Assembly (NCBI GenBank): GCA_965218095.1
Contig: OZ244587.1
Span: 5,696,001 to 5,760,000, forward strand
Reading direction: 5' to 3'
DNA from: Candidatus Poribacteria bacterium
Lineage (GTDB): Bacteria > Poribacteria > WGA-4E > PCPOR2b
Length of the DNA: 64,000 bases
The notes beneath the pieces are model-generated. The model ran no database searches, had not been told where the DNA came from, and worked only from the letters and a program-made list of their open reading frames with translations. The position numbers and the translations under genes were made by a program. Below are positions 41,357 through 50,885 of the stretch, one piece after another (the first letter of the stretch is position 1; every line of letters starts with the position of its first letter).

Positions 41357-43930
41357 TCAGATACCCAACCAATAATTTAACTTGATGAGGAAGACATTAT
41401 CCCCCTTGTCAATGAAGCTCTTTCTTACACCTTCGTACAGGTTGAACTCTGGATTATCCACATCTATGAAGGCCCCACGAGATTGCGACCACACCGCAAA
41501 TAGGGTGCTTCCAGGCTGATACTCCCAGCGAAGTACCATGTTACTCCTCAACGATCGACGGATAAAATCCGGATTGTCGTCAACAAAAGTGTACGGGGCA
41601 AAGTCATACGAGTCGGGACGCGCTAGTTCTTTGAAGTTGCGGAAATTTCCGACCGTGGCAAACGGTTGGAGATACAGTTGGAACGTCAGATTGGTAGTGA
41701 AGGCAACAGTCGCTCGTGTTGTGAAGTCGAGTACTTGACTCCTCAACTCTCCAAATACGTAGTGATCGGTTTCGCCATCTCCATCATCGTCGATGTTCCT
41801 GACCCACTGCGCAAAATCTTTGGCATTTCGGTACGAAGGGCCAAGTTCGAACTGTAGATTGGACGCGGGACGAATGGAGGTGGTTATCTTAAGGCTTCGT
41901 TGCCAACTGGATGCACCGTCGGTTCGGTCTCCGAATACATCGAGAGACAGGCCAATTGCCCGACGATTATCAGTTTGTAGAAAAAACCAATACTCAATCT
42001 GAGCAGGTCGCACCATCACGGGGCCGCCTCGTGTTTCAAGATCGTCTCTCGCCTCGAATTCTCGACTGATTCCGACGTTAAAGAACCAGTAATTCTTCAG
42101 GTTATGCCAAGTGTTGAAATTGATTCCCTTCCTTAAACCTACACCGTCATAATTCCAGTGTGACCAGGCATTGAAGTTAAAAAACGACTCGCGAGCAAGC
42201 ACCCAGGGCTGCCGAATATGTGTATAAACGTGCCCTCCTGACTGGACTCGGTTCGTCCGATTCATGAATCCCAGATCATTGGCGTCAAACTCGGGGGATC
42301 GCGCATCTAGATATAGTTGTCCTCCAAACCCGCCAGAGAACTTGGAAAAGTAGGCAATGGCTTCATAACCGTCGGCTTGATTATTGGTAGCATCGCTTCG
42401 GCTGCCTACCAGCCGTGTGAAGATGCGGTACGCATTCTCCTTCCACTTGAGAGTTCCGTCAATGCTTGCGACATAGGCAGCTTCGACATCATGCCGATTC
42501 ACGGCTGTAATCGTGCCCCCTATTGTCGAGTGCGTTCGCAAATCCTGCTGTACTCTTGCGGTAAGGAAGTTCGTAAAGGGTTCAATGCGATGCCGCTGTC
42601 GTTCTGTTTGTTCCAACCCTGTCTGCTTATCGATTAAGATCTGTTCGACAGTAGCGTATTCGCTTGCGGTTATGGCCTCCAAAATGCTGAAGGACGTTTT
42701 CTTCACGGTCTTCCCAGAGAGTTTCGCTGCACCTAAGATAGTTGTAGAATCCGGACGGTCGATAATCACGCCGCCGTCAGGTGTCGAAGAGTGCCCTGGT
42801 TGCTTTCCGATGCGTCGGGAGTAAAAGAGTTGGGCGGGACCATCGATGCCGACAATCTGCGGTTGTGGGAACCGGAAGATTGTATTCCCCTCGATAAAAA
42901 AGGGACGCCTCTCCTCAAAAAAGTTCTCGAACACCGACAGATTCAGCACTGCAGGATCAGTTTCAACTTGCCCAAAGTCGGGATTGAATGTTGCATTGAG
43001 CGAAATGTTGGGCGAAAGACCATATCGCAGGTCCATGCCTACACTCGAAAACAGCTCATGGCTGTCAATGTATGCATCGCTCTTGCTTTCGAACGTTGCG
43101 CGAGCCCTCATAAAGGGAAGAAACTCCAGGTGTGTGGGAGGCTTTATGCCCTTGATGCCTTCGAGGTGCCCCAAGCGGGAGACCCAACCACCTGTCCCTC
43201 GTGGAACTACGATCCACTGGTCATGCTCTTCTTTCCGCGTGATGTATCGTTCAATATTTGTTCCCCATATATACTCTGCACTGGCACCGAATCGTAGAAC
43301 ATGGTATGGAATTTTGTACTCGATGCTCCACCCTTGGTCATGGACTGAGGTCTTGGCTTGCCAAACGCCATCCCATGTATCGTCTCGCGAAGTGTCGTCG
43401 TAGAGCGTGCCATCACGTATCCATCCAGAGGGACCGACAACAAAGAAACGACCGTTCTGGTGATCGTGGTGCGGGTCAAGGCTAATTGAAACCCAGTCTG
43501 ATTTAAGTTCCTGATCTCGCCGACCCATGCGAGAGACAATCTTATCCGGCTCGCTGTCATAGCACATGATACCAATATAGAGCGCGTTGTCATCGTAGGC
43601 AACTTGCACATTTGTCCGCTCTGTGGGGAGCTCCCCTTCGTCCGGGTCCTTTTGAGTGAAATTGTGGTAGGATGGGGCGTATTTCCAGACTTCATCACTC
43701 AGAACCCCATCAATCTTGGGAGGCATGGGATTAACGCGGACGGCAGTCATAGTTTTTTCGGGATGATTGCTTTCTGTTCCCTGACCCCAAAGCTGGCTAG
43801 ATGAGCCGAGGACACAGAGCGCTAGAGCAGTCCAGCCCAACGCCAACCGATAAAATTCTCGGACAGGGCAAGTCACACAGGAACCGCCGGTCTTTTTACT
43901 TTGCACCGGTTTGCAATTGGCTTTTATCAT
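41357..43930 (-). CDS. CBM9-like + DUF5916 putative outer membrane protein
   Basis: PKIDGVLSDEVW, ATFNPDFGQVE, ERRPFFIEG, LFYSRRIG, LRWEYQPGS...IKLNYW. Confidence 0.82.
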   Translation of the reverse strand: MIKANCKPVQSKKTGGSCVTCPVREFYRLALGWTALALCVLGSSSQLWGQGTESNHPEKTMTAVRVNPMPPKIDGVLSDEVWKYAPSYHNFTQKDPDEGELPTERTNVQVAYDDNALYIGIMCYDSEPDKIVSRMGRRDQELKSDWVSISLDPHHDHQNGRFFVVGPSGWIRDGTLYDDTSRDDTWDGVWQAKTSVHDQGWSIEYKIPYHVLRFGASAEYIWGTNIERYITRKEEHDQWIVVPRGTGGWVSRLGHLEGIKGIKPPTHLEFLPFMRARATFESKSDAYIDSHELFSSVGMDLRYGLSPNISLNATFNPDFGQVETDPAVLNLSVFENFFEERRPFFIEGNTIFRFPQPQIVGIDGPAQLFYSRRIGKQPGHSSTPDGGVIIDRPDSTTILGAAKLSGKTVKKTSFSILEAITASEYATVEQILIDKQTGLEQTERQRHRIEPFTNFLTARVQQDLRTHSTIGGTITAVNRHDVEAAYVASIDGTLKWKENAYRIFTRLVGSRSDATNNQADGYEAIAYFSKFSGGFGGQLYLDARSPEFDANDLGFMNRTNRVQSGGHVYTHIRQPWVLARESFFNFNAWSHWNYDGVGLRKGINFNTWHNLKNYWFFNVGISREFEARDDLETRGGPVMVRPAQIEYWFFLQTDNRRAIGLSLDVFGDRTDGASSWQRSLKITTSIRPASNLQFELGPSYRNAKDFAQWVRNIDDDGDGETDHYVFGELRSQVLDFTTRATVAFTTNLTFQLYLQPFATVGNFRNFKELARPDSYDFAPYTFVDDNPDFIRRSLRSNMVLRWEYQPGSTLFAVWSQSRGAFIDVDNPEFNLYEGVRKSFIDKGDNVFLIKLNYWLGI

Positions 43931-44112
43931 ATACTTGATGACCTTTTTTAATAGGTGTGTAACTTGACTTTGTCAGATTAGAAATTGCCTGATAGAATTT
44001 AGTAGAAATCGATGTTCATTTTGTCAGGTGGAACTTGAGAAGAAGGATCAAGCCGCCTGGGTTTTTGGCGGGTCGCGCGATGATTACAGCGTTTCCCGAA
44101 TTCGCGACAGCA

Positions 44113-44128
44113 AAATGTCAACACGCCC
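44113..44128. mobile_element. Solo IS5-family inverted repeat (third variant)
   Basis: AAATGTCAACACGCCC followed by TAG; related to the type A/B ends; no transposase attached. Confidence 0.6.
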
Positions 44129-44167
44129 TAGTTTGAAACCAAAGATCCAATCATAGCAACGATCTAT

Positions 44168-44213
44168 TCTTTGCAAGTCGAATATGTAAATCTTTGCAAG
44201 TCGAATATGTAAA
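44168..44213. repeat. Perfect 23-bp tandem duplication
   Basis: TCTTTGCAAGTCGAATATGTAAA x2. Confidence 0.95.
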
Positions 44214-44251
44214 TTCTACAACCCTTGTGGAAATTACATCCTCACCAACTA

Positions 44252-45071
44252 GGTTCTGTTGACATTTGAGTATAAGGTTGTGGCATAATAGAAGAATGAC
44301 GCCAATAACCTTACCTGATGAACAATGGAATAAGATATACCGGTTTCTTCTAAGCTGTCCCACCATCTATGTTGGCGACGAAGCTGCTCCACGCCGCTTC
44401 GTCGAAGCGGTTCTGTGGGTGACTCGTAGTGGGGCTCAATGGAGACTTCTACCAGACACCTATGGCAAATGGAACACCCGCTACAAGCGGTTTGCTCGAT
44501 GGTGCGACAAAGGTATCTTCACACAGATGCACCACCACTTTGCCTCTGACCCTGATATCGAGTCGCTTATTGTGGACAATACCATCTGCCGCGCTCACCC
44601 GTCTGCGGCGGGCACCTTAAAAAAAACGGTGGCACTGAAAGCCAAGCATTAGGTCGGTCTCGGGGCGGTTTCAGTACAAAAAATCACATCACAGTTGACG
44701 GACTAGGCAATCCCCTAAGAATTCATCTGACACCCGGTCAGAGACATGACATAACTGAGGCGGAAGGGTTGATAATCGGATATAACAGTGAATATGTGAT
44801 TGGAGATAAGGGGTACGATTCGGACGCTTTTATCGCGGTTATTGAGGCGAATGGAGCGATTGCGGTGATACCGCCAAAAAGTCATCGTGTTGACCAAAGA
44901 ACGTATGACAAACACTTATACAAAGAGAGACATCGGGTTGAATGTTTCATTAACAAGATAAAATGGTATCGTCGTATCTTCTCTCGGTTTGAGAAACTAG
45001 CTGTCCGTTATTTTGGATTTCTCAGCTTTGTCTCCACTCTTATATGGCTCCCTTAAAATGTCAACAGAACC
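44252..45071 (+). mobile_element. IS5-family type B, copy 4, inserted in the panC stop codon
   Basis: 820 bp, perfect IRs, A8 slippery run; first DDE motif reads DNT versus DST in the other copies. Confidence 0.93.
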
Positions 45072-45928
45072 TAGTCTAGGACGTTAATCCGCAAGTTATC
45101 AATTAGGTGTGTACGACCGATGAATACGGCAAGTGCAATTAAAATCTCTCCGTGTATCTGTTCCCTCGGTTCAAGACAGTTTGCATCAACAATATCAATG
45201 TAGTCAATCCGGGCCGGTTTTTCTTCGCCGATCAACGCCCGCATTGCATCAATAATCCTTGTTGAACTGCGCACACCGGCTCCGATCAGGTCTTGTGCAA
45301 GTTCCAAAGATTGATAAAGCACAGTCGCTGAATGCCGTTCCTCTGGATTCAGGTAGCGGTTTCGTGAACTCATCGCGAGGTCATCCGGTTCGCGGATAGT
45401 GGGCATTGGGACAATCTCGGTATCAAAATTGAGATCTGCAACCATTCGCTGGATGACGGCAAGCTGCTGGGCATCCTTCTGCCCGAAGTAAGCGCGGTGG
45501 GGCAGGACAATGTTAAATAGCTTGGAGACGACAGTCATCACCCCGCGGAAATGACCGGGACGTGAGGCGCCACAGAGCCCTTCCGTGAGCGCGCCGGTCA
45601 CTTCGATAAAGGTCACACTCCCCGCCGGCGGATACATCCCCTCAACTGTCGGGGCGAAGATCAGATCAACGCCCTCTGCTTCCAATAACCGTCGATCATG
45701 CTCGAAATCGCGCGGGTAGCTAGTAAAGTCTTCATTCGGTCCAAACTGCGTCGGATTTACGAAGACGCTGACCACGACGAAGTCGTTATCGGCGCGCGCA
45801 CCGCGGACAAGGCTGAGATGCCCTTCGTGGAGAAAGCCCATCGTCGGAACAAGGCCGATCTGTTTTCCTTCGGCGCGGCAAGCACGACAATAAGCTTGTG
45901 TTTCTGATGGAGATATGAGGGTTTTCAT
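45071..45928 (-). CDS. panC: Pantoate--beta-alanine ligase
   Basis: VPTMGFLHEGH, VFVNPTQF, RPGHFRGV, FGQKDAQQ, MSSRN, LIDN. Confidence 0.97.
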   Translation of the reverse strand: MKTLISPSETQAYCRACRAEGKQIGLVPTMGFLHEGHLSLVRGARADNDFVVVSVFVNPTQFGPNEDFTSYPRDFEHDRRLLEAEGVDLIFAPTVEGMYPPAGSVTFIEVTGALTEGLCGASRPGHFRGVMTVVSKLFNIVLPHRAYFGQKDAQQLAVIQRMVADLNFDTEIVPMPTIREPDDLAMSSRNRYLNPEERHSATVLYQSLELAQDLIGAGVRSSTRIIDAMRALIGEEKPARIDYIDIVDANCLEPREQIHGEILIALAVFIGRTHLIDNLRINVLD

Positions 45929-45956
45929 AAGCGTAAAACGTGAAGCGATTAAGGAG

Positions 45957-46604
45957 TTACGATGCACCCCCAACTTCAAGGCGGAAGAATAGTTTTCCCA
46001 TAATCAACTCATCACCGTGATTCAATGAGGCTTTCTGTCCCTGCACAAGCCGTTTGCCTCGATTGATAAACGTCCCGTTGAGGCTCCCGAGATCTTCGAT
46101 GAAATACCCCCCATTTTCAAAAGTTACCTTCGCGTGACTGCGAGAGATTTTGCTGTCGAGGTTTTCATCCGCGAGGTCAATCTTAGGGAAATGCCTGTTC
46201 TCCGCATCCCGCCGACCCATGCGAATCTCTGGGGAATCAAGCGCGTAGATTTTTCCGACCGGACCGTTTCGCAAGATAACGAGCTTTGCATCCCCATTGG
46301 TTGAGGCGCGGTTGTCTGGAATTGGCACGGGTAGAGGCATCGGTGAAGCGACCGCGTCCGGTACACTCTGTGATGAAATTTGCGTTTCTAGCGCCTGTAC
46401 TGGGAAAGAGAGCGCCGGTAGCAGCGGCGATGGTAATTCTGCTGCTTCCTGTTTTTCTTCGACAACTTCGACGTCAATCACATCCGTATCGGCGGTAACT
46501 TGGTTCCTGAGATCGCTGCCGCAATCGTCGCAAAAATCGAGACCATCTGGATTAGAATATCCACAGACCTTTCCATCGATAATGGCTTGACATATAATTG
46601 GCAT
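45957..46604 (-). CDS. Zinc-ribbon + Pro-rich linker + FHA domain protein
   Basis: C...CGYSN..FCDDCG; FHA motifs GR, ISRSHA, EDLGSLNGTFIN; GGAGG RBS. Confidence 0.9.
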   Translation of the reverse strand: MPIICQAIIDGKVCGYSNPDGLDFCDDCGSDLRNQVTADTDVIDVEVVEEKQEAAELPSPLLPALSFPVQALETQISSQSVPDAVASPMPLPVPIPDNRASTNGDAKLVILRNGPVGKIYALDSPEIRMGRRDAENRHFPKIDLADENLDSKISRSHAKVTFENGGYFIEDLGSLNGTFINRGKRLVQGQKASLNHGDELIMGKLFFRLEVGGAS

Positions 46605-46627
46605 TTTGCCCTCCTGCCTTTCTGTTG

Positions 46628-46690
46628 ATCAGGATTAGGGTGAAAGGTTACAATATTCCTATCGTCTAACCTTCACGCCCAATCCCGGAT
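46628..46690. other. Long imperfect hairpin between the sigma-PafA and FHA genes
   Basis: GGATTAGGGTGAAAGGTTA ... TAACCTTCACGCCCAATCC; no U-tract. Confidence 0.6.
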
Positions 46691-46756
46691 AATCTATAGC
46701 CCATGTTTCATGAGTGCGTTAGATAACGTTTAAGGAGGGGATGCCGTTTCGATAGT

Positions 46757-48811
46757 TCAGTTTGTTGGTTTGGGCGTCAAGGCAAAGTGGGGCGCTCCCT
46801 GCTTCTGCGCTGCTTGATACACTTCCACTGCTTGTGGAAAATCCTCTGGCGCAAGATCTTCTTCTTCAAATTCCGGTTGCAACGGATCAAGCATGAGAAA
46901 CAGTTTCTGATACGGTTCATAGAGTTGGATATAACTCCAATTGACGCCGCACAGAACTTCCTGTTCATTCGCCAACTTGACGAATCTACCGCGAAATTTG
47001 GCGCGAGTAGTTTCGGGCGGATGGTGCATCGCATACTTAATATCGTCGTCAGTAACGATTCGTTCAACGAGTCCTTCTTTCAGAAGTTTGTGATACAGCC
47101 CAATCTCTGGCTGAATGTCGTGATATTGAAGATCCAGTTCTGCGACTTCATCGGAATCCCACGCTAAGCCTCGACGATTAACCTCCGTATCAATCAGTTT
47201 CTTCTTAATCACCCAATCGATCTCGCGATCCAGTTGCATCGGATCCCTTTCCAGACGGCTCAACACAGATTCCCATTTTGCCATGATCTGATCGGTCATT
47301 GGATCCGATTCGGTCTGATCAAAGTACCGTTTCGCAAGCTCCAGGTATTCTCGCTGCATCCCGATCGCTGAGAGCTGTCTCCCGTTCGCCAATTCAACCT
47401 TTTGGGTACAGGTCGTATCCGCTGAAATCTGCTTGATGGCACGCACCGAGTCGCGTAGAGTCAAACCGTCTCCGAGAAAATTATCCTCTATTATGCGCAC
47501 GACGATCGCCGTCGTCCCGATCTTGAGGTACGTCGCAAATTCGGACATATTGTTGTCACCGGAAGTTACGTGCAACCGTCGATATTTTGTTGCATCCGCA
47601 TAGATTGCATCATCACACAGATTGATGATGCCGCGTACCTGATGGTCCGAAGTGATCTGCTCATGGATATGTTCGGCGCGTTGGGAGAGGGCGTATCCCC
47701 CTCGATCTGTAGGTTTGACTTGACCCGAGCCCGTGAAGATCTGGCGTGTGACCAGAAAGGGAACAAGCTGCAAAGATAGCTGCTCGTCGGTCACATGACT
47801 CGCCATCAGATAGTTTTCGTGGCAGCCATAGGTGCCAGAGCAACCTTTGTAAACGGAGATACGCTGCGTAAATCCATCGGCTCGCATCTTCTTCGCCGCG
47901 GAATCGAACAAACGCTGGAGGATTCGTTCTCCGGCTTTCTCGTGCGTAACCACATCAACGACATTATCGCACTCAGGGGTTGCATATTCAGGGAGGCGCC
48001 CCCGGTCTTGATAGAATCGCGCCCCATTTTCCAGAAACACATCGGGGTACATCCGACCTGAAATAATCTCACGGAAGAGGTACACAATGACATCTTCTCT
48101 CGGTAGAGGTTTTTCTCCCCCGGATTCAACCTGAAAATCATACTCGGACTCAATTCCAAGGATGCGACGCTGCAACGATTTTGGTTTCAAGATTCCTTCT
48201 GACATTTTGTAAATCTCCTCTCTAAGGTATGCCCGCTCAATCTGCAACGGTCCGGGACTGGCGGCAAAGGCGGGTTCTTTCGATAGTTTCTCTTTGACCT
48301 GCTGTTTTGCCTGCTGTAGCCGTCCTGAAACGGTTGATGTTGAGAGATCAAGGGTTGTCGCAATGTTTCGGTACGACCAACCTTCCAGATAGAGCAGAAA
48401 CACCCGTTGGTTGTTAGCAGGGAGCGCCGCCACTGCCTTGACGATAGTATCGGAGAGTTCACGTCCTTCGGCGAAAGCATCTGGTGTGGGCGAACCATCT
48501 GGCACGTCAGCGGCGTCTGAGGCTTCGAGTGATTCGAGCGTCAAACGCCGTTTCCGCAACGAGGCGTGGCACAGGTTGCGCGTAATGCGGTACATCCAGC
48601 CCGCAATTTTCTCTCGATCTTGCAGCGTTGCCAGGTGCTGATAGGCCTGGATAAACGCCTCCTGGACAAGATCTTCTGCCTCTGACAGATTGCCCACTTG
48701 CGACAACGCCAGGTTTAACAAACCCGGCTGATGCTGCTCCATCAAGCGCGCAAAAGCGTTTTGGTCCCCCTGAAGGGTTAGGTTGACTAACATTGCATCG
48801 AGCGATGACAT
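46757..48811 (-). CDS. ECF sigma-70 factor fused to a PafA (Pup--protein ligase)-family domain
   Basis: aa 1-175: AEDLVQEAF, GWMYRITRNLC, region 4 SYRNIATTL...TVSGRL; aa ~213-645: RRILGIESEY, FLENGARFYQD, PEYATPEC, YGCHENY, PFLVTRQ, LSQRAEH, YRRLH, IDWVIKK, DLQYHDI, PPETTRA. Confidence 0.92.
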   Translation of the reverse strand: MSSLDAMLVNLTLQGDQNAFARLMEQHQPGLLNLALSQVGNLSEAEDLVQEAFIQAYQHLATLQDREKIAGWMYRITRNLCHASLRKRRLTLESLEASDAADVPDGSPTPDAFAEGRELSDTIVKAVAALPANNQRVFLLYLEGWSYRNIATTLDLSTSTVSGRLQQAKQQVKEKLSKEPAFAASPGPLQIERAYLREEIYKMSEGILKPKSLQRRILGIESEYDFQVESGGEKPLPREDVIVYLFREIISGRMYPDVFLENGARFYQDRGRLPEYATPECDNVVDVVTHEKAGERILQRLFDSAAKKMRADGFTQRISVYKGCSGTYGCHENYLMASHVTDEQLSLQLVPFLVTRQIFTGSGQVKPTDRGGYALSQRAEHIHEQITSDHQVRGIINLCDDAIYADATKYRRLHVTSGDNNMSEFATYLKIGTTAIVVRIIEDNFLGDGLTLRDSVRAIKQISADTTCTQKVELANGRQLSAIGMQREYLELAKRYFDQTESDPMTDQIMAKWESVLSRLERDPMQLDREIDWVIKKKLIDTEVNRRGLAWDSDEVAELDLQYHDIQPEIGLYHKLLKEGLVERIVTDDDIKYAMHHPPETTRAKFRGRFVKLANEQEVLCGVNWSYIQLYEPYQKLFLMLDPLQPEFEEEDLAPEDFPQAVEVYQAAQKQGAPHFALTPKPTN

Positions 48812-48844
48812 CGAAAGCCTCTCCTTTCGATCTGTTCACCTTAA

Positions 48845-48870
48845 TAGATGCGAAAATTGAGGAGATTCAA
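48845..48870 (-). promoter_or_regulatory. Candidate ECF-type promoter of the sigma-PafA gene
   Basis: A-tract then TTGAATC-N12-GCATCTA on the minus strand, upstream of AAAGGAG RBS; loose match only. Confidence 0.35.
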
Positions 48871-48920
48871 TTTTTTTTTGGGAGAGAGGTGATAAGTTGA
48901 ACGGTCCACTCTTACGCCTT

Positions 48921-49675
48921 TCACGTTTGGTTATTCAATTTGCAGTAAAGGGTCTTGCGGCCAATGCCCAACAGTTTGGCCGCTTCAGTCAAGTGTCCGT
49001 CAGATGGATGGCGTGGGCAATTAGTTCCTTGCCGGTTCCATTTTCACCGGTGATTAGAACGCTTGTGCCCTCTGCCTTTTGAAGACGCCGAATGTTCACC
49101 AGGATTTCGTCAAGGGTTTCGCTCTGTCCCACAAAGCCTGCAATCCCCCAACGTTCTGCGCCCCGCTCAGAAATCAGCGAAAGCTGTTCGTCAGCGGTTT
49201 GCAGTACATTTTCTGCACGTTCACGCTTGGCGATTTCCTGTTGGAGTTCTCTGTTTTTGTGGCGAAGCACCTGCGCCAGTCGAGCGTTTTTCAGGTGGGC
49301 CTCGACACGGAGGAGGGCTTCCTTGGTCCGAAAAGGCTTGGTGATGTAATCCACGGCGCCAACTTCAAAACCTTCGATGACACTCTCGGCTTCATCCTTG
49401 GCGGTGATAAAGATAATAGGAGTATCCGCTGTTACGTCATCTTCCCTGAGTTGACGATAGGTTTCAAAGCCGTTCATCCCCGGCATCAGGATATCCAAGA
49501 GGGCGAGGTCTAGTTTCACCTCCGGGGTAATTTTCAGGGCAATCGCTCCACTCGGGACTGCTGATACTTGATACCCTTCAGACTCAAGTGTTTGGCGTAG
49601 AATCTCCAGATTTTCGAGTTGGTCATCAACGATGAGGATTTTTACGTCGGTGGAGTCAATGTGTCTTTGATTCAT
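48921..49675 (-). pseudogene. Sigma54-dependent response regulator with most of the AAA+ domain deleted
   Basis: Receiver domain, GENGTGKELIAHAIH, then stop; Fis HTH LTEAAKLLGIGRKTLY follows out of frame. Confidence 0.88.
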
Positions 49676-49679
49676 GACT

Positions 49680-50423
49680 TTAGCTCTCCCATTGTTGAAT
49701 CTCTGACAGAATCTCTGTAATCCCAGCCATATCATTGCTTTGACTCAAGCGTCGTAGATGTTCCGCGAGCTGTTGACCCACGGCGCTGACTTGAGCAACT
49801 TCGCCGAGATAGTTCTCAAATTCCGTCTGACTGTATAATTCCGCCGCTTGCTTCATGCGCGAGAGCAAGTCTTCCAGGAGTGTGATTGCTGAGAGATCCA
49901 AGGATACCGTATCCAACGACGTTGCTTCCGCATATTCGTATTTGACCTCCAAAAGCGTCGCCAAACACTGATAGATCTCCTCGGCACGGAAGGGTTTAGA
50001 GACAAACGCGTTGAAGCCTGCCGACAGATACCTCTCCCGTTCATGTGCAAAGGTCGAAGCCGAAATCTCGACGATTTTCACGCGCTCATCTTCTTCCTCA
50101 AATTCTTCCCAGATCTGCTGCGCTGCTTCCAAACCATTCATCACGGGCATACGAATGTCTATCAAGGCAATCTCCGGCTGATGTGCACGAAACATCTCCA
50201 CCGCCTGACGCCCATTTTTAGCCAACACTACCTCACAGCCGATGCTCGACAGCATTTCCGCCAAAATATCTCGATTCTCCTGGATGTCGTCGGTGATCAA
50301 GACTTTCACCGAACAGCCTGCTGCCAGGTGAGCGACTGGCGCCACCACCTCTGTTGAAGGCATGTCAACTGCTCCGGTGGCAGGTTCAAGCGGCACAGTG
50401 AAGAAGAAACGAGATCCTTTGCC
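49680..50423 (-). pseudogene. Hybrid histidine kinase, C-terminal fragment
   Basis: Begins at HATPase tail GKGSRFFFTVP; receiver DD...DIRMPVMNG...KP; 5' part missing. Confidence 0.85.
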
Positions 50424-50498
50424 CCCCGTTCCCCGTCCCTCTTGCCCCTCAACTTTGGGGGTATACCCGGCATTGGGGTTGATTTGATGTTTGTCCCA

Positions 50499-50521
50499 GA
50501 CTTTTTAGATAGGCTCTTAGC
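50499..50521. mobile_element. Solo IS-like end, identical to 20557-20579
   Basis: GACTTTTTAGATAGGCTCTTAGC about 75 bp from the kinase truncation point. Confidence 0.55.
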
Positions 50522-50536
50522 AAAAGGGGTGGAAAT

Positions 50537-50762
50537 CCCCCCTACCCCCCCTTGGCAAAGGGGGGAACATACCCATATGCACCAAGCTATAACGTGCCTA
50601 ACCCCGTAGGGGTGGTATGTTTATAGAACCTACGCCAACCATTACCATTAACCCTAGCTCCGTAGGAGCAGCATGTTTTGCGAGCTGGCCCACATGTCGC
50701 CCCGATGGGGCTAAGGTTAGAGAAAACACGGATGCTATAGACATTTCGTCCCTTTGGGGCTG
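50537..50762. repeat. Cluster of REP-like palindromes
   Basis: CCCCCCTT-GGCA-AAGGGGGG hairpin; CCCCGTAGGGG..ATGTTTATAG pairing with CTATAGACAT..CCCTTTGGGG; inner GCTCCGTAGGAGC and GCCCCGATGGGGC. Confidence 0.65.
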
Positions 50763-50885
50763 TGCGACAGCGTCCAGCAAATTCCTTAACCTCACCCAGC
50801 GTTCACATCCAGCCTTTCGCATGCAATCATCTCTGTTCGCCTACACATCGGATAATTTGCTGGATACGGCTTTGACGCCTATCAT

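Noticed and set aside
44168-44213. CRISPR repeat
   Set aside because: Two adjacent copies, no spacer, no cas genes.
45071-45928. Functional link of panC to pupylation
   Set aside because: The known Pup substrate is PanB, not PanC; adjacency alone is weak.
45900-49000. A pup/ubact or proteasome gene beside the PafA fusion
   Set aside because: No small ORF ending in GGE/GGQ or R[ST]G[EQ] and no arc, prc or dop gene seen in the window.
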